In this document: positions 41,959 through 52,898 of the stretch, in pieces | Position numbering within the stretch: position 1 is the stretch's first letter | Layout of the letters: each line of letters opens with the position of its first letter | Assembly (NCBI GenBank): GCA_902528875.1 | Contig: CABZTX010000004.1 | Coordinates: 5,070 to 69,069 of the forward strand | Direction of reading: 5' to 3' | Length of the DNA: 64,000 bases | Source: an uncultured SAR86 cluster bacterium | GTDB lineage: Bacteria; Pseudomonadota; Gammaproteobacteria; Magnimaribacterales; D2472 | Notes under the pieces: model-generated | Databases searched by the model: none | Told to the model about the DNA's origin: nothing | What the model saw: only the letters and a program-made list of their open reading frames with translations | Position numbers and translations under genes: made by a program

Positions 41959-41982
41959 CTAAAATAGTCAGGTATTTATAAT
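41951..41982 (+). promoter_or_regulatory. IscR type-1 operator overlapping a sigma70 promoter
   Basis: AAACTTGACTAAAATAGTCAGGTAT (41951-41975) matches ATASYYGACTRWWWYAGTCRRSTAT at 24/25; -35 TTGACT 41955-41960; -10 TATAAT 41977-41982. Confidence 0.85.
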
Positions 41983-41988
41983 TCATTC

Positions 41989-42423
41989 GTGAAATTAACT
42001 ACAAAAAGCAGATATGCAGTTAGTGCACTTGCTGAATTAAACTTTTTGCAGTCTTCTGGACCCGTATCTTTAAGTGATATTTCTTTAAGTCAAAATATAG
42101 ATATCTCTTATTTGGAACAGATCTTCAGAAAACTAAGAATAGCTGGAATCGTTAAGAGCATTAGAGGTAGAAATGGTGGATACTTGTATGCCAAGGATCC
42201 GTCTAGTGTTTCAATAAAAGAAATAATGCATGCAGTTGATGAGATACTTGACGCTACTAAATGCAACGGTTCGTCTTCATGCCATAACGGCAAGAAGTGT
42301 AACTCTCATGATTTATGGGATCAACTTAATAACATAGTAGAAGATTACCTTGAAAAAATAACGATTAACAGTCTTGTAGAATCAAATAAATGCCCATATA
42401 TTAAGGTTAAAGAGATAAATTAG
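41989..42423 (+). CDS. iscR: Fe-S cluster assembly regulator IscR (GTG start)
   Basis: [25 protein letters not shown]-x5-C-x5-C-x2-H ligand set. Confidence 0.94.
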   Translation: MKLTTKSRYAVSALAELNFLQSSGPVSLSDISLSQNIDISYLEQIFRKLRIAGIVKSIRGRNGGYLYAKDPSSVSIKEIMHAVDEILDATKCNGSSSCHNGKKCNSHDLWDQLNNIVEDYLEKITINSLVESNKCPYIKVKEIN

Positions 42424-43644
42424 ATGAGCACACAATCAACAATTTACCTAGATTACGCATCAACTACTCCTGTTGACCCAAGAGTTGCGTCAAAAATGAT
42501 GGAATTTTTAACTCCTGATGGTGAGTTTGGTAATCCTGCTTCAAGATCACATAGATTTGGATGGAAGGCTGATGAAGCTGTTGAAGAAGCAAGGTCTCAT
42601 GTTTCAGGTCTTGTAAACTGTGATCCACGAGAAATTGTTTGGACATCTGGTGCTACTGAAGCTGATAATCTTGCAATCAAAGGTGTTGCAAGGTTTTATA
42701 AATCAAAAGGCAATCATATTATTACATCTAAGATTGAGCATAAAGCTGTCTTAGATCCTTGCAGACAATTGGAAAGAGAAGGGTTTGAAGTTACTTATCT
42801 TGATCCAAATGAAAAAGGTGTTATAACTCCTGAAGTTATAAAATCTGCAATTCAAGAAAATACAATACTTGTGTCTATTATGCACATCAATAATGAGCTT
42901 GGCACAGTGAATGACATTGAAAAAATTGGAAACATCACCAGAGATAACGGAATTCTTTTTCATGTTGATGCTGCACAAAGCACAGGAAAAATAAATATAG
43001 ACTTAAAGAATTTGAATGTTGATTTAATGTCTTTTTCTGCTCACAAAACATATGGTCCAAAAGGTATTGGAGCTTTATATGTTAGAAGAAAACCTAGAGT
43101 CAGGTTAGAGGCACTTATTCATGGTGGTGGTCACGAGAGAGGAATGAGATCTGGCACTCTTGCAACTCATCAAATTGTAGGTATGGGTGAAGCATTCAGG
43201 ATTGCTAACATTGAAATGGAAAGTGATTGTGAAAAGGTTTCTGAATATCATGAACAATTCCTTAAAAAAGTTCAAGAGATTGACCATGTATATATAAATG
43301 GTGATCTTAAAAATAAAGTTCCTAACATTTTAAATGTGAGCTTTAATTTTGTTGAAGGAGAGTCGTTAATCATGGGCCTAAAAGATATTGCGGTTTCTTC
43401 TGGCTCGGCGTGTACATCAGCTAGTCTTGAGCCGTCTTATGTTTTAAGAGCTTTAGGAAGAAAAGATGAGCTTGCTCATAGCTCTATAAGGTTTTCATTT
43501 GGAAGATTTACAAATGATGATGATGTGAATAATACTTTAGAAATTTTAAGTAATGTAGTTCACAGACTAAGAGAATTATCTCCATTATGGGAAATGCATT
43601 TAGATGGAATTGACCTTGATACAGTAGAGTGGAAACTTCATTAG
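42424..43644 (+). CDS. iscS: cysteine desulfurase
   Basis: [42 protein letters not shown]. Confidence 0.98.
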   Translation: MSTQSTIYLDYASTTPVDPRVASKMMEFLTPDGEFGNPASRSHRFGWKADEAVEEARSHVSGLVNCDPREIVWTSGATEADNLAIKGVARFYKSKGNHIITSKIEHKAVLDPCRQLEREGFEVTYLDPNEKGVITPEVIKSAIQENTILVSIMHINNELGTVNDIEKIGNITRDNGILFHVDAAQSTGKINIDLKNLNVDLMSFSAHKTYGPKGIGALYVRRKPRVRLEALIHGGGHERGMRSGTLATHQIVGMGEAFRIANIEMESDCEKVSEYHEQFLKKVQEIDHVYINGDLKNKVPNILNVSFNFVEGESLIMGLKDIAVSSGSACTSASLEPSYVLRALGRKDELAHSSIRFSFGRFTNDDDVNNTLEILSNVVHRLRELSPLWEMHLDGIDLDTVEWKLH

Positions 43645-43653
43645 GAGAATAAT

Positions 43654-44058
43654 ATGGCATATAGCAAAAAAGTTGTAGAAAAATTTGAAAATACTATCAA
43701 CAATCCTGAAGCTTTTAAGGTTGGCAGATTTGATCCAAAGGAATTAAATGTTGGTACTGGTATGGTCGGTGCACCAGCATGTGGCGATGTAATGAAACTT
43801 CAAATCAAATGCGAACCAAAAGGAAATACGCATATTATTAAAGATGTTAAATTTAAAACATATGGTTGTGGTTCAGCAATTGCATCTTCAAGTGAGTTAG
43901 TTGAAATGCTAATTGGGAAAACTCTTGAGGAAGCAAAAGCAATTAAAAATATTGAAATTGTTGAGGCTTTAGAACTACCTCCAATTAAAATTCATTGTTC
44001 TGTTCTTGCAGAAGACTCTATAAAACAAGCGATAGAAGATTACGAGTCAAAACAATAG
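43654..44058 (+). CDS. iscU: Fe-S scaffold IscU
   Basis: GAPACGDVMKLQI, FKTYGCGSAIASSS, LPPIKIHCSVLAED. Confidence 0.97.
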   Translation: MAYSKKVVEKFENTINNPEAFKVGRFDPKELNVGTGMVGAPACGDVMKLQIKCEPKGNTHIIKDVKFKTYGCGSAIASSSELVEMLIGKTLEEAKAIKNIEIVEALELPPIKIHCSVLAEDSIKQAIEDYESKQ

Positions 44059-44062
44059 TTTT

Positions 44063-44407
44063 ATGGATAGTATTAACGCTAATGCACTAAACTTTTCTGA
44101 GAGTGCTATAAATCACTTCAATGATGCTTTAATGCAAAGAGGTAAAGGCAATGGTGTCAAACTTGGCATCAAAAAAGCGGGCTGTTCTGGCTATGAATAC
44201 ACTTTTGAATATGTTGATAATATTGATGAAACTCTTATTAATGTAAATGCAAATAGTGATCTTAATATATATGTTGATTCAAATAGTATGCCATTCCTCA
44301 AAGGAAGTTTGATTGACTACGTCGACGATGGCCTCAATAAAGGTATAAAATTCATAAACCCAAATGCTAAGGCGGTTTGTGGATGTGGCGAAAGTTTTAC
44401 TTTATAA
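44063..44407 (+). CDS. iscA: A-type Fe-S carrier IscA
   Basis: GCSGYEY, NPNA..CGCGESF. Confidence 0.94.
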   Translation: MDSINANALNFSESAINHFNDALMQRGKGNGVKLGIKKAGCSGYEYTFEYVDNIDETLINVNANSDLNIYVDSNSMPFLKGSLIDYVDDGLNKGIKFINPNAKAVCGCGESFTL

Positions 44408-44410
44408 ATT

Positions 44411-44752
44411 ATGGCAAAAATAAAAATCTGGCCTCATGAGGAAATCTGCCCCAATGGAGTAGAAATAGAATCACGTCCGGATGAAACTATTTGTGAAGCT
44501 GCTCTTAGAAATAACATAAAAATTGAGCATGCTTGCGAAATGTCATGCGCATGCACAACATGTCATTGTATTATAAGAAAGGGTTTTGAGAGTTTAGACG
44601 AGGCAAGTGATACGGAAGAAGATTTGCTTGATAAAGCATGGGGCCTCGAACAAACCTCCAGATTAAGCTGTCAAGCCATTCCTCCAGTAGATGAGGATAT
44701 TGAAATCGAGCTTCCAAAATATAACATTAATATGGTTTCTGAAGATCATTAA
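44411..44752 (+). CDS. fdx: ISC 2Fe-2S ferredoxin
   Basis: HACEMSCACTTCH, LDKAWGL, SRLSCQ. Confidence 0.96.
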   Translation: MAKIKIWPHEEICPNGVEIESRPDETICEAALRNNIKIEHACEMSCACTTCHCIIRKGFESLDEASDTEEDLLDKAWGLEQTSRLSCQAIPPVDEDIEIELPKYNINMVSEDH

Positions 44753-44961
44753 TGAACAAAATTGACTGGGTAGATGTAATCGATATTTCAATTGAACTAT
44801 TTGAAAAATTTCCTGATATTGATCCACAGTGGATTAGTTTTCCAGATTTACATAGTAAAGTGTGTGCATTGGATAATTTTATTGGCGATCCAAAGAAATC
44901 AAATGAAAAAATACTTGAAGCTATTCAGATGCATTGGATAGAAGAATATCAAGAAGTCTAA
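44752..44961 (+). CDS. iscX: Fe-S assembly protein IscX
   Basis: W.D..DI, DP....F.DL, SNEKILEAIQMHWIEE. Confidence 0.94.
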   Translation: MNKIDWVDVIDISIELFEKFPDIDPQWISFPDLHSKVCALDNFIGDPKKSNEKILEAIQMHWIEEYQEV

Positions 44962-44991
44962 TATAATACTGCATATTTTTTATATTAAGCT

Positions 44992-45417
44992 ATGAGCATT
45001 GAAAAAACATTGTCAATAATTAAACCTGACGCAGTTAGCAAGAATATTATTGGAAAAATTATAACTAGGTTTGAAGATAACGGATTATATCTTGTAGCTG
45101 GTAAGCTCTTACATCTTTCCGATGATGATGCAGGTGGTTTTTATCAAGAGCATAAAGGTAAACCCTTTTATGAAAATCTTATTAAATTTATGACATCAGG
45201 ACCGGTTTTTATCCAAGTTTTAAAGGGAGAGGATGCAATTACAAAAAATAGAGAATTAATGGGTGATACCGATCCTACAAAGGCAAAAAAAGGAACAATT
45301 AGAGCTGATTTTGCCAATAGCATAGATGCAAATGCAGTCCATGGGTCTGATTCTCAAACAAGTGCTATCAGGGAGATTGAGTACTTCTTTAAAGCTGAAG
45401 AAGTATTGAATAAATAA
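44992..45417 (+). CDS. ndk: nucleoside diphosphate kinase
   Basis: [32 protein letters not shown]. Confidence 0.98.
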   Translation: MSIEKTLSIIKPDAVSKNIIGKIITRFEDNGLYLVAGKLLHLSDDDAGGFYQEHKGKPFYENLIKFMTSGPVFIQVLKGEDAITKNRELMGDTDPTKAKKGTIRADFANSIDANAVHGSDSQTSAIREIEYFFKAEEVLNK

Positions 45418-45418
45418 A

Positions 45419-46498
45419 TTGTCTCAAAAAAAGAATCTTTTAGGCCTGTCTCAAGATTCGCTAGAAAAATTTTTTCAAAAAATAAATGAACCAAAATTTA
45501 GAGCTAAACAGCTCACAAAATGGGTTCATCAAAAAGGAATTTTAGATTTTGATCAAATGACTGACTTTAATATTGGCCTTAGAGAAAAGTTAAAAGAAAT
45601 TTCATCACTTCAAATTCCAAAGGTATACAAATCTTTTGAGTCTAATGATGGCACTATTAAGTATCTAATCCTACTTGAATCAGGATCAATGATTGAAATG
45701 GTAGAAATTCCAGATAAAAAAAGAAGAACACTTTGTATTTCATCACAAGCAGGTTGCGCATTACAGTGTACTTTTTGTGCAACTGGCGCTCAGGGGTTTG
45801 ATCAAAATTTATCTAGTCATGAAATTGTTGGTCAATTATGGATATCCAATTTCTACAAAAATAATAAAAAAACTATTACTAATGTAGTTTTCATGGGTAT
45901 GGGTGAACCACTTTTAAATTTTGAACCAGTTATTGAAGCTGCAAAAATAATGAAAGACCAATTTGCATATGGTTTATCTAGAAAAAGAATTACGATAAGC
46001 ACTTCTGGCATTGTTCCAAATATTGATCAACTTTCAAAAAATATTGATGTGTCTCTTGCAATATCTCTACATGCTGCTGATGATAAGTTAAGGGATGAGA
46101 TTGTTCCAATTAATAAAAAATATCCAATCAAATTACTTATTGAATCATGCAGAAATTACTTGAAAAGCTATGAAAATAAGAGAAGTATAACTATTGAATA
46201 TATTCTAATTAAAGATATCAATGACTCATTAAAAGACGCAGCAAAGGTTTCAAAACTGCTATCAAATATTTCTTGTAAGATTAATTTGATACCATTTAAT
46301 AGCTTTAACGGGTCTTCATATGAAAAACCCTCAAATAACAAAATCCATGTTTTCAAAGAGTTCTTAATGAATAAAGGATTTATCACTACTCTAAGAACTA
46401 CGAGAGGAGATGAGGTATCTGCAGCCTGCGGTCAGCTTGTTGGCAATTTAGCAAGACCAATAAAAGGCAAGAAATTAATATCACATAAATCATTATGA
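45419..46498 (+). CDS. rlmN: dual-specificity RNA methyltransferase RlmN (TTG start)
   Basis: CISSQAGCALQCTFCATG, VFMGMGEPL, SLHA, AACGQL. Confidence 0.96.
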   Translation: MSQKKNLLGLSQDSLEKFFQKINEPKFRAKQLTKWVHQKGILDFDQMTDFNIGLREKLKEISSLQIPKVYKSFESNDGTIKYLILLESGSMIEMVEIPDKKRRTLCISSQAGCALQCTFCATGAQGFDQNLSSHEIVGQLWISNFYKNNKKTITNVVFMGMGEPLLNFEPVIEAAKIMKDQFAYGLSRKRITISTSGIVPNIDQLSKNIDVSLAISLHAADDKLRDEIVPINKKYPIKLLIESCRNYLKSYENKRSITIEYILIKDINDSLKDAAKVSKLLSNISCKINLIPFNSFNGSSYEKPSNNKIHVFKEFLMNKGFITTLRTTRGDEVSAACGQLVGNLARPIKGKKLISHKSL

Positions 46499-47241
46499 GT
46501 AGTAATATCCTCAAATCAGCAGCTTCTGCAAAGACTGGTAAAGTTTTTTTAAACAAGAGAAATGAAATTGGGCTCTCGCATGAGGAAATTAAGGAAACAC
46601 TGGGAATCAATAAAGATTATATTCTTGCAATTGAGTCTGGTAATTATCAAATTTTTCCCAGCGAATTTTTTGCAAGAGCTTATTTCAAAAAATATAAAGA
46701 ATTTTTAGGCGTTGACGCTTCATTTCCCGTCCTCTACAAGGACATTGATAAGAAAAGAATTGTTAAGAGAAGAAGTTTTAGCTATATAAAAATTATTGAT
46801 AAAAGAACCATATCTCTCATTACATTAGTAAGCATATTTTCACTTTCATTTTTATTCATAATTAACTTTTTTTCATTTTCAAATAATTCAAATCAAATAA
46901 ATAATACTGAATTTGAAGTAAGTAGTGAAAGTTATAATAGTATCGAAATGCAAATAAAACAAAATAACGAAATAAAAGAGTCTAAAATTTTGTTATCTAA
47001 CAAATTAATATTGGATTTTAGTGACGAATGTTGGATTGAAATATATGAGAATAATGAAATTCTTGAAACAAAATTATTTTTTCCTGGTGACATATATGAA
47101 AGAGTTATTGAGCAACCATTTAAAATAGTAGTTGGAGATTATGAAGCTTTAAAAGGTTCTTATAATAAGAAGGAGATTGATTTTCTTGTTAATGCTAATA
47201 GACTAACAAAGGTTAATACTATTTATTTTAATAATGAGTAA
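46495..47241 (+). CDS. rodZ: cytoskeleton protein RodZ
   Basis: N-terminal HTH (AIESG...[12 protein letters not shown]), single TM, C-terminal CWIEI domain; lies between rlmN and ispG. Confidence 0.85.
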   Translation: MSSNILKSAASAKTGKVFLNKRNEIGLSHEEIKETLGINKDYILAIESGNYQIFPSEFFARAYFKKYKEFLGVDASFPVLYKDIDKKRIVKRRSFSYIKIIDKRTISLITLVSIFSLSFLFIINFFSFSNNSNQINNTEFEVSSESYNSIEMQIKQNNEIKESKILLSNKLILDFSDECWIEIYENNEILETKLFFPGDIYERVIEQPFKIVVGDYEALKGSYNKKEIDFLVNANRLTKVNTIYFNNE

Positions 47242-48337
47242 TTGGATTAAGAGAAAGAAAACTAAAACACTTAATGTCGGTGGAGTTATGGTTGGAGGAA
47301 GCAATCCAATTTCTGTTCAGTCAATGACAAATACGAATACTTGTGATGTTGTTTCTACAGTCAAACAAATAAATGATCTTGTATCTGCTGGTGCCGATAT
47401 TGTTAGAGTTTCGGTGCCTGGATTTGATGAGGCAAAAGCATTTAAAGAAATCAAAAAAGCAACCTCTGTCCCATTGGTAGCAGATATTCATTTTGATTAT
47501 AAAATTGCCTTAGAGGTTGCAGATACTGCAGATTGTCTTCGAATTAATCCAGGAAACATTGGTAAGGAAGATAGAGTACGACAAGTAATTAGTGCAGCAA
47601 AAGATAATAATGTTCCTATTAGAGTTGGAGTAAATGCTGGATCTCTTGAAAAGGATTTACAAAAAAAATATGGTGAACCTAATGCAGATGCATTAGTAGA
47701 GTCTGCAATGAGACATGTTGAAATTTTAGATAAGCATAATTTTGACAATTATAAAATGAGTTTGAAAGCCTCAAATATAGAGATGACAGTAGAATCATAT
47801 AGAAAAATATCAAAGTTAATAACTCAACCTCTTCATTTAGGAATTACAGAAGCTGGCAGCTACAGAGCAGGTGCTGTGAAATCCTCTATTGGTGTAGGGA
47901 TGCTTTTATCAGAAGGAATTGGCGATACAATTCGTATTTCACTTGCATCTGATCCTGTTGATGAAATTAAGATAGGTTGGGACATACTTAAGAGTTTAAA
48001 TCTAAGAAGTCGAGGATTAAAAATAATTGCATGTCCTAGCTGCTCAAGACAAAATTTTGATGTTATTAAAGTTGTAAATGAGCTTGAAGAAAGATTAGAG
48101 GACATAGTTGATGATATTGAGGTCGCGATTATTGGATGTTATGTAAACGGTCCCGGTGAAAGCAAGGCAGCAAATATTGGATTGACAGGAGCAAGCCCAA
48201 TGAATCTTATGTATATTAATGGATCACCAAATAAAAAAATAAAAAATGAAAATATAGTTGATGAGCTAGAAGATCAAGTTCGTACAAAAATTATAAATAT
48301 GAAAAATAATTCTGAAAAAATTATTTTGAGGAGCTAA
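47234..48337 (+). CDS. ispG: HMBPP synthase
   Basis: [47 protein letters not shown]. Confidence 0.97.
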   Translation: MSNWIKRKKTKTLNVGGVMVGGSNPISVQSMTNTNTCDVVSTVKQINDLVSAGADIVRVSVPGFDEAKAFKEIKKATSVPLVADIHFDYKIALEVADTADCLRINPGNIGKEDRVRQVISAAKDNNVPIRVGVNAGSLEKDLQKKYGEPNADALVESAMRHVEILDKHNFDNYKMSLKASNIEMTVESYRKISKLITQPLHLGITEAGSYRAGAVKSSIGVGMLLSEGIGDTIRISLASDPVDEIKIGWDILKSLNLRSRGLKIIACPSCSRQNFDVIKVVNELEERLEDIVDDIEVAIIGCYVNGPGESKAANIGLTGASPMNLMYINGSPNKKIKNENIVDELEDQVRTKIINMKNNSEKIILRS

Positions 48338-48338
48338 G

Positions 48339-49607
48339 TTGGAAAAAATTAATTCCCTTTCTGGAATGCTAGATTTGATTTCTAATAAAGCCAAGAAATC
48401 TGAGTTCGCAGATAAAATATTTTTAACTGAAAAGTACTTAAAAAAAATCTTTCAAAACTATGGGATGTCTGAAATAAGAACTCCAGCATTAGAGGACACA
48501 AGCCTATTTAAAAGATCAGTTGGTGATGCATCTGACATAGTAAATAAGGAGCTTTACTCTTTTAATGATAAAAATGACAAGAATATTGTCTTAAGACCTG
48601 AGGGAACTGCAGGAGTAATAAGGGCAATTATTCAAAAAAAAATTGACTTAGAAGCTCATAAATTCTGGTACATGGGTCCAATGTGGAGGTACGAAAGACC
48701 ACAGAAAGGAAGATACAGGCAATTTTATCAAGCAGGTGTTGAAATTCTTGGTCATCATGAGGGTTTGCCTGAATTTGAAATGATTTCTTTGATATGCTCA
48801 ATTAATCAGTATTTACTAATAGATAAACCTTTAATCAAAATTAATCATCTTGGCGATAATAAAATTAAAGAATTGTACTGTGAGGATTTAGTAAAATATT
48901 TAAGTCCATTAAAATCAAAATTAGATGAGAAAGATAAAAATAGATTGAAAAATAATCCACTTAGGATTTTGGATTCCAAAAGTGAAATAACTCAGAATAT
49001 ATTAAAAGATGCTCCAAAAATAAATAACTATATTTCAAATAGCTCTAAAGTGTTGCTTGATGAAATTATGAAAACTTTTTCTTCTGAATGCAACATTCAA
49101 ATTGATTCAAGTCTTGTTAGAGGGCTTGATTATTATACTGGTTTTGTTTTTGAAGCTATTTCAGATGACCTAGGCGCCCAAAATGCGTATTTAGGAGGAG
49201 GTAGATACGATAATCTTTGTAGCCAGCTTGGAGGAAAAAATCTTCCAGCTATTGGCATGGCCATTGGCTTAGAGCGATTATCAATTCTGATCAATGCTGA
49301 AGAAGCATCTGTCAAACTCATTTCTTTTATAATATTATCAGAGAAAATTAATCCAAAAGCATATAAAATAGCTCACGATATTAGGTTACTTAATGAAAAT
49401 GTAAAGATTGACATCCAGTTATCAGAAGGTAGCTTAAAGTCTAAGCTTAGAAGAGCAAGCAAAGATAATGCAGATTACGCTATTATATTGGGAGATCAAG
49501 AGTTGGAATCAGAGACTGTTATAGTTAAATCTTTAAAAGAAAGTAATTCTGAACAAAAATCTATGAGTATCGATGAATTAAATGAGTTTATCTCAGCAAT
49601 AAGTTAA
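48339..49607 (+). CDS. hisS: histidine--tRNA ligase (TTG start)
   Basis: LRPEGTAG, RYERPQKGRYRQF, LVRGLDYY, GGGRYD, GLERL. Confidence 0.97.
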   Translation: MEKINSLSGMLDLISNKAKKSEFADKIFLTEKYLKKIFQNYGMSEIRTPALEDTSLFKRSVGDASDIVNKELYSFNDKNDKNIVLRPEGTAGVIRAIIQKKIDLEAHKFWYMGPMWRYERPQKGRYRQFYQAGVEILGHHEGLPEFEMISLICSINQYLLIDKPLIKINHLGDNKIKELYCEDLVKYLSPLKSKLDEKDKNRLKNNPLRILDSKSEITQNILKDAPKINNYISNSSKVLLDEIMKTFSSECNIQIDSSLVRGLDYYTGFVFEAISDDLGAQNAYLGGGRYDNLCSQLGGKNLPAIGMAIGLERLSILINAEEASVKLISFIILSEKINPKAYKIAHDIRLLNENVKIDIQLSEGSLKSKLRRASKDNADYAIILGDQELESETVIVKSLKESNSEQKSMSIDELNEFISAIS

Positions 49608-49618
49608 AGGCATTTTTT

Positions 49619-50263
49619 ATGAATAATATCTATGAAAATAATATAAGATTTTTGCCTTTATTTAAGTTTATAGATAAGTATAAAAAATTGTTGATAATTA
49701 TGATTACTTTAATTGTGCTGTCTGCAATATCATTATTTATATTTTTCCAAATTAAGAATACTAATAATATTAAAGCTGCAGAGTTTTACAGTCAATGGGA
49801 GGCAGAATCATCAAAAAGTGAACCAAATATGAAAATACTTGATGAAATTTTTACCAATATTGAGACCAAATATTCAGGAACTGGATATTATAAAACTGTT
49901 TTGCTTAATAAAGCCAATTTGGAACTGAATCAAGAAAAGCTTGAAAATGCCTTAGAAAGTTTCAATAAATTAATCAAAATCACTGATGGTTTCAATGGAA
50001 ACAAGATCTATAATAAAATTTCACGTATCAGCGCCGCAAGAATTTTATTAACCAATGAAAGATATGATGATGCTCTAAAAATGATTAGTTCTTACTCATC
50101 ATCTGATACTAATGCATTTATTCATGAGCTGACAGGGGATATTCTTTTAAAGCAAAATAAAATTCAATTAGCAATTGATCAATATCAAATTGCATCACAA
50201 AAGTATTCAGATGAGTCCTCAAGATCTATTGTTGAAATTAAAATTGCAAATATTGGCGAATAG
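49619..50263 (+). CDS. yfgM: YfgM-like TPR membrane protein
   Basis: N-terminal TM plus TPRs (ARILL, ELTGDILL); hisS-yfgM-bamB-der synteny. Confidence 0.8.
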   Translation: MNNIYENNIRFLPLFKFIDKYKKLLIIMITLIVLSAISLFIFFQIKNTNNIKAAEFYSQWEAESSKSEPNMKILDEIFTNIETKYSGTGYYKTVLLNKANLELNQEKLENALESFNKLIKITDGFNGNKIYNKISRISAARILLTNERYDDALKMISSYSSSDTNAFIHELTGDILLKQNKIQLAIDQYQIASQKYSDESSRSIVEIKIANIGE

Positions 50264-50264
50264 C

Positions 50265-51425
50265 ATGAAATCTAACAATATATTCTTTTCAGCAATAATT
50301 TTAATGCTCTTAACTTTAAGCGCTTGCTCTTCTATGGATAGATTAAAATTTTGGGAATCTGATGAGATTGATCTTGATGAACCTGCGAAGCTTGTAAGTA
50401 TTTCTGAAGATAAAACCATTGAATTATTATGGAGTAAATCTTTTGATGGCATAAATGATCTAGGAAACTTTCAGCCAGCTTTCAATTCCCAGGATATATT
50501 TTTTGCTAGTTCTGATGGAACAGTAATATCTATGGATATTACTAATGGTAATGAAAATTGGAAAACTGAACTCAATTTTTTAGCTTCGGGAGTTGCTTCA
50601 GGTTTTGGTATTGTTGTTATTTCTGATATCGATGGAAATGTCATTGCACTAGATCAAGAGAATGGATTTGAGTTATGGAAGACAAATGTTAAGGGTGAAG
50701 TTCTGAGCAGTGTTGCAATTGATCCAAGAGCTGTTGTTGTTAAAACTGGCTCCGGTGAACTTTTTGGACTTGATAAAGACGATGGTTTAACTAAATGGTC
50801 TTATAGGTCAAAACTACCATCTCTTACAATAAGAGGAAGTAGCAGCCCAATCATTGTTGATGATAAAGTTTATGTAACTTTTGACAGTGGTAGACTGGGA
50901 GTCTTTCAAATTGAGTCAGGATTCCCTCTTTGGGATGGAGCAATTTCATATGTTACAGGTTCTTCAGAATTAGAGAATTTGATTGATTCAGACGCCAATC
51001 CTGTAATCGAGGGAGGGTTAGTTTTTACGACTAATTATCAAGGAAATTTAAACATATTTGACTTAGCACAAAAAAGATCAATTTGGTCATCTCCAATATC
51101 TTCTTTCTTTTCTCCGTTAATTACCAGAGGTATAATTATTGTAATTGCATCTAGCTCTGAAATAAAAACATTTTCTTCAAAGACCCTTATTGAGTCATGG
51201 AGTTCTTCTGATTACCTTAATAGAAGCTTATCTAATCCAGTAAGCTTTAAGGGCAATGTTGTGGTTGGAGATTTTGAAGGGTTTGTTCATGTAATCAATC
51301 CAATAAATGGTATTACCATAGGCAGAAAAAAAATATCTAGAAAGCCAATAAAAACTATTATTGGGAGAAGTAATAATTTATTTGTTATTGATGAGGCATT
51401 TAATTTATATTCACTTAAAATATAA
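50265..51425 (+). CDS. bamB: outer membrane assembly lipoprotein BamB
   Basis: Lipobox LSAC; PQQ-like repeats, LTIRGSSSP, VVGDFEGFVH. Confidence 0.92.
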   Translation: MKSNNIFFSAIILMLLTLSACSSMDRLKFWESDEIDLDEPAKLVSISEDKTIELLWSKSFDGINDLGNFQPAFNSQDIFFASSDGTVISMDITNGNENWKTELNFLASGVASGFGIVVISDIDGNVIALDQENGFELWKTNVKGEVLSSVAIDPRAVVVKTGSGELFGLDKDDGLTKWSYRSKLPSLTIRGSSSPIIVDDKVYVTFDSGRLGVFQIESGFPLWDGAISYVTGSSELENLIDSDANPVIEGGLVFTTNYQGNLNIFDLAQKRSIWSSPISSFFSPLITRGIIIVIASSSEIKTFSSKTLIESWSSSDYLNRSLSNPVSFKGNVVVGDFEGFVHVINPINGITIGRKKISRKPIKTIIGRSNNLFVIDEAFNLYSLKI

Positions 51426-51438
51426 ATGATAAAAAATA

Positions 51439-52821
51439 ATGTTTACTTCTTTAGCAATAATAGGGCGTCCAAATGTTGGAAAATCAACCCTTTTTAATAA
51501 ATTAACAAAATCAAGAAATGCAATTGTATCTGACATTCCTGGCTTAACAAAAGACAGGAACTATGGTTTCATAAATTTTAGAAATAAAAAATCATTAATT
51601 ATTGATACAGGTGGAATCCTAGAAAATCAAAAAAATGAGAAATTAAAAGACTCAATAACTAAACAAGCATGGATAGCTGTTGAGGATTCAACAATTATAA
51701 TTCATGTTTTCGATGGCTCAGAAGAACTTAGTAATGAGGATATAAATATTATTTCTAAACTAAGAAAATATAATAAAGATGTTATTACTGTTTTAAATAA
51801 ATCTGATAAAAAATCCTTAACATCTATTAAAGACGATTTGAGTAGATATGGAATAAGTGATTTTATAGAAATTAGTTCTGAGCATTCATTAAACTTAGAT
51901 GCATTAAGAGCAATTTTAAAAAGTAGGATTCCAGATAATAATTCTATTGATCACTCTGGAAAAAGGGTAGCCATTCTGGGAAGACCGAATGCTGGCAAAT
52001 CAACTTTTATTAATAGCATCATTGATGAAGATAGATTAATTGTAAGTGAGCAAGCTGGAACGACAGTAGACGCCATAGATATACCTTTTAAATTTAATAA
52101 TGAGGAATATATTTTCATTGACACAGCTGGAATTAGAAAAGGATTCAAGAGAAATCATAAAACTGAATATTTTTCTTATGTAAAAGCTATTCATGCAATT
52201 GAAGAAAGTAATCTTGTCATATTTATGTGTGACGCAAATCAGGGTTTGGTTGACCAAGATTTAAAAATATTAAATATAATAATAACATCAGGCAAACCTC
52301 TACTTATTGCACTAAATAAGATAGATTTAATATCTAAATCTAATCTAGAAAAATTATATAAATCTAGAAACATGCAACTAAGTTTTATAAAGAATATGTT
52401 TACAGTCGAAATCTCAGCAACAAAAAAGAAGGGCTTTAGAGCTTTATTCAAACATTCAGAATATTTAATTAAACAGTCTCAAAAAAAGTTCAGCACATCA
52501 CAATTAAATAGAATGATGAAAAAGTTTGTTGATTCAAGTTCCCCTCCATCAATTAATGGAAGAAGTATAAAATTCAAACATGTTCACTTTGGTGGTATTT
52601 ATCCAACTACTTTAATAGTTAATGCAAATCAAGATAAAAAAATTCCAAACAATTACAAAAAATATTTAGAAAATTCTTTTAAATCAAGCATGAACCTTCA
52701 AAGTATTCAGCTAAATCTAATATTTAGAAGATCTTCTAATCCTTATGAAGGTAAAAAAAATAAACTTTCTGAACGACAGATCAAAAAAAGGAAGAGACTT
52801 ATCAAGCACGTAAAAAAATAA
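51439..52821 (+). CDS. der: ribosome biogenesis GTPase Der (EngA)
   Basis: Two G domains: GRPNVGKS/DTGG/NKSD and GRPNAGKS/DTAG/NKID. Confidence 0.97.
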   Translation: MFTSLAIIGRPNVGKSTLFNKLTKSRNAIVSDIPGLTKDRNYGFINFRNKKSLIIDTGGILENQKNEKLKDSITKQAWIAVEDSTIIIHVFDGSEELSNEDINIISKLRKYNKDVITVLNKSDKKSLTSIKDDLSRYGISDFIEISSEHSLNLDALRAILKSRIPDNNSIDHSGKRVAILGRPNAGKSTFINSIIDEDRLIVSEQAGTTVDAIDIPFKFNNEEYIFIDTAGIRKGFKRNHKTEYFSYVKAIHAIEESNLVIFMCDANQGLVDQDLKILNIIITSGKPLLIALNKIDLISKSNLEKLYKSRNMQLSFIKNMFTVEISATKKKGFRALFKHSEYLIKQSQKKFSTSQLNRMMKKFVDSSSPPSINGRSIKFKHVHFGGIYPTTLIVNANQDKKIPNNYKKYLENSFKSSMNLQSIQLNLIFRRSSNPYEGKKNKLSERQIKKRKRLIKHVKK

Positions 52822-52898
52822 TCATAATCCAATATTTTAAAAAGGTTTAAATTTCTGCTGTATAATCTTCAATAAATCTTTTTTAAAACTAGCACACA

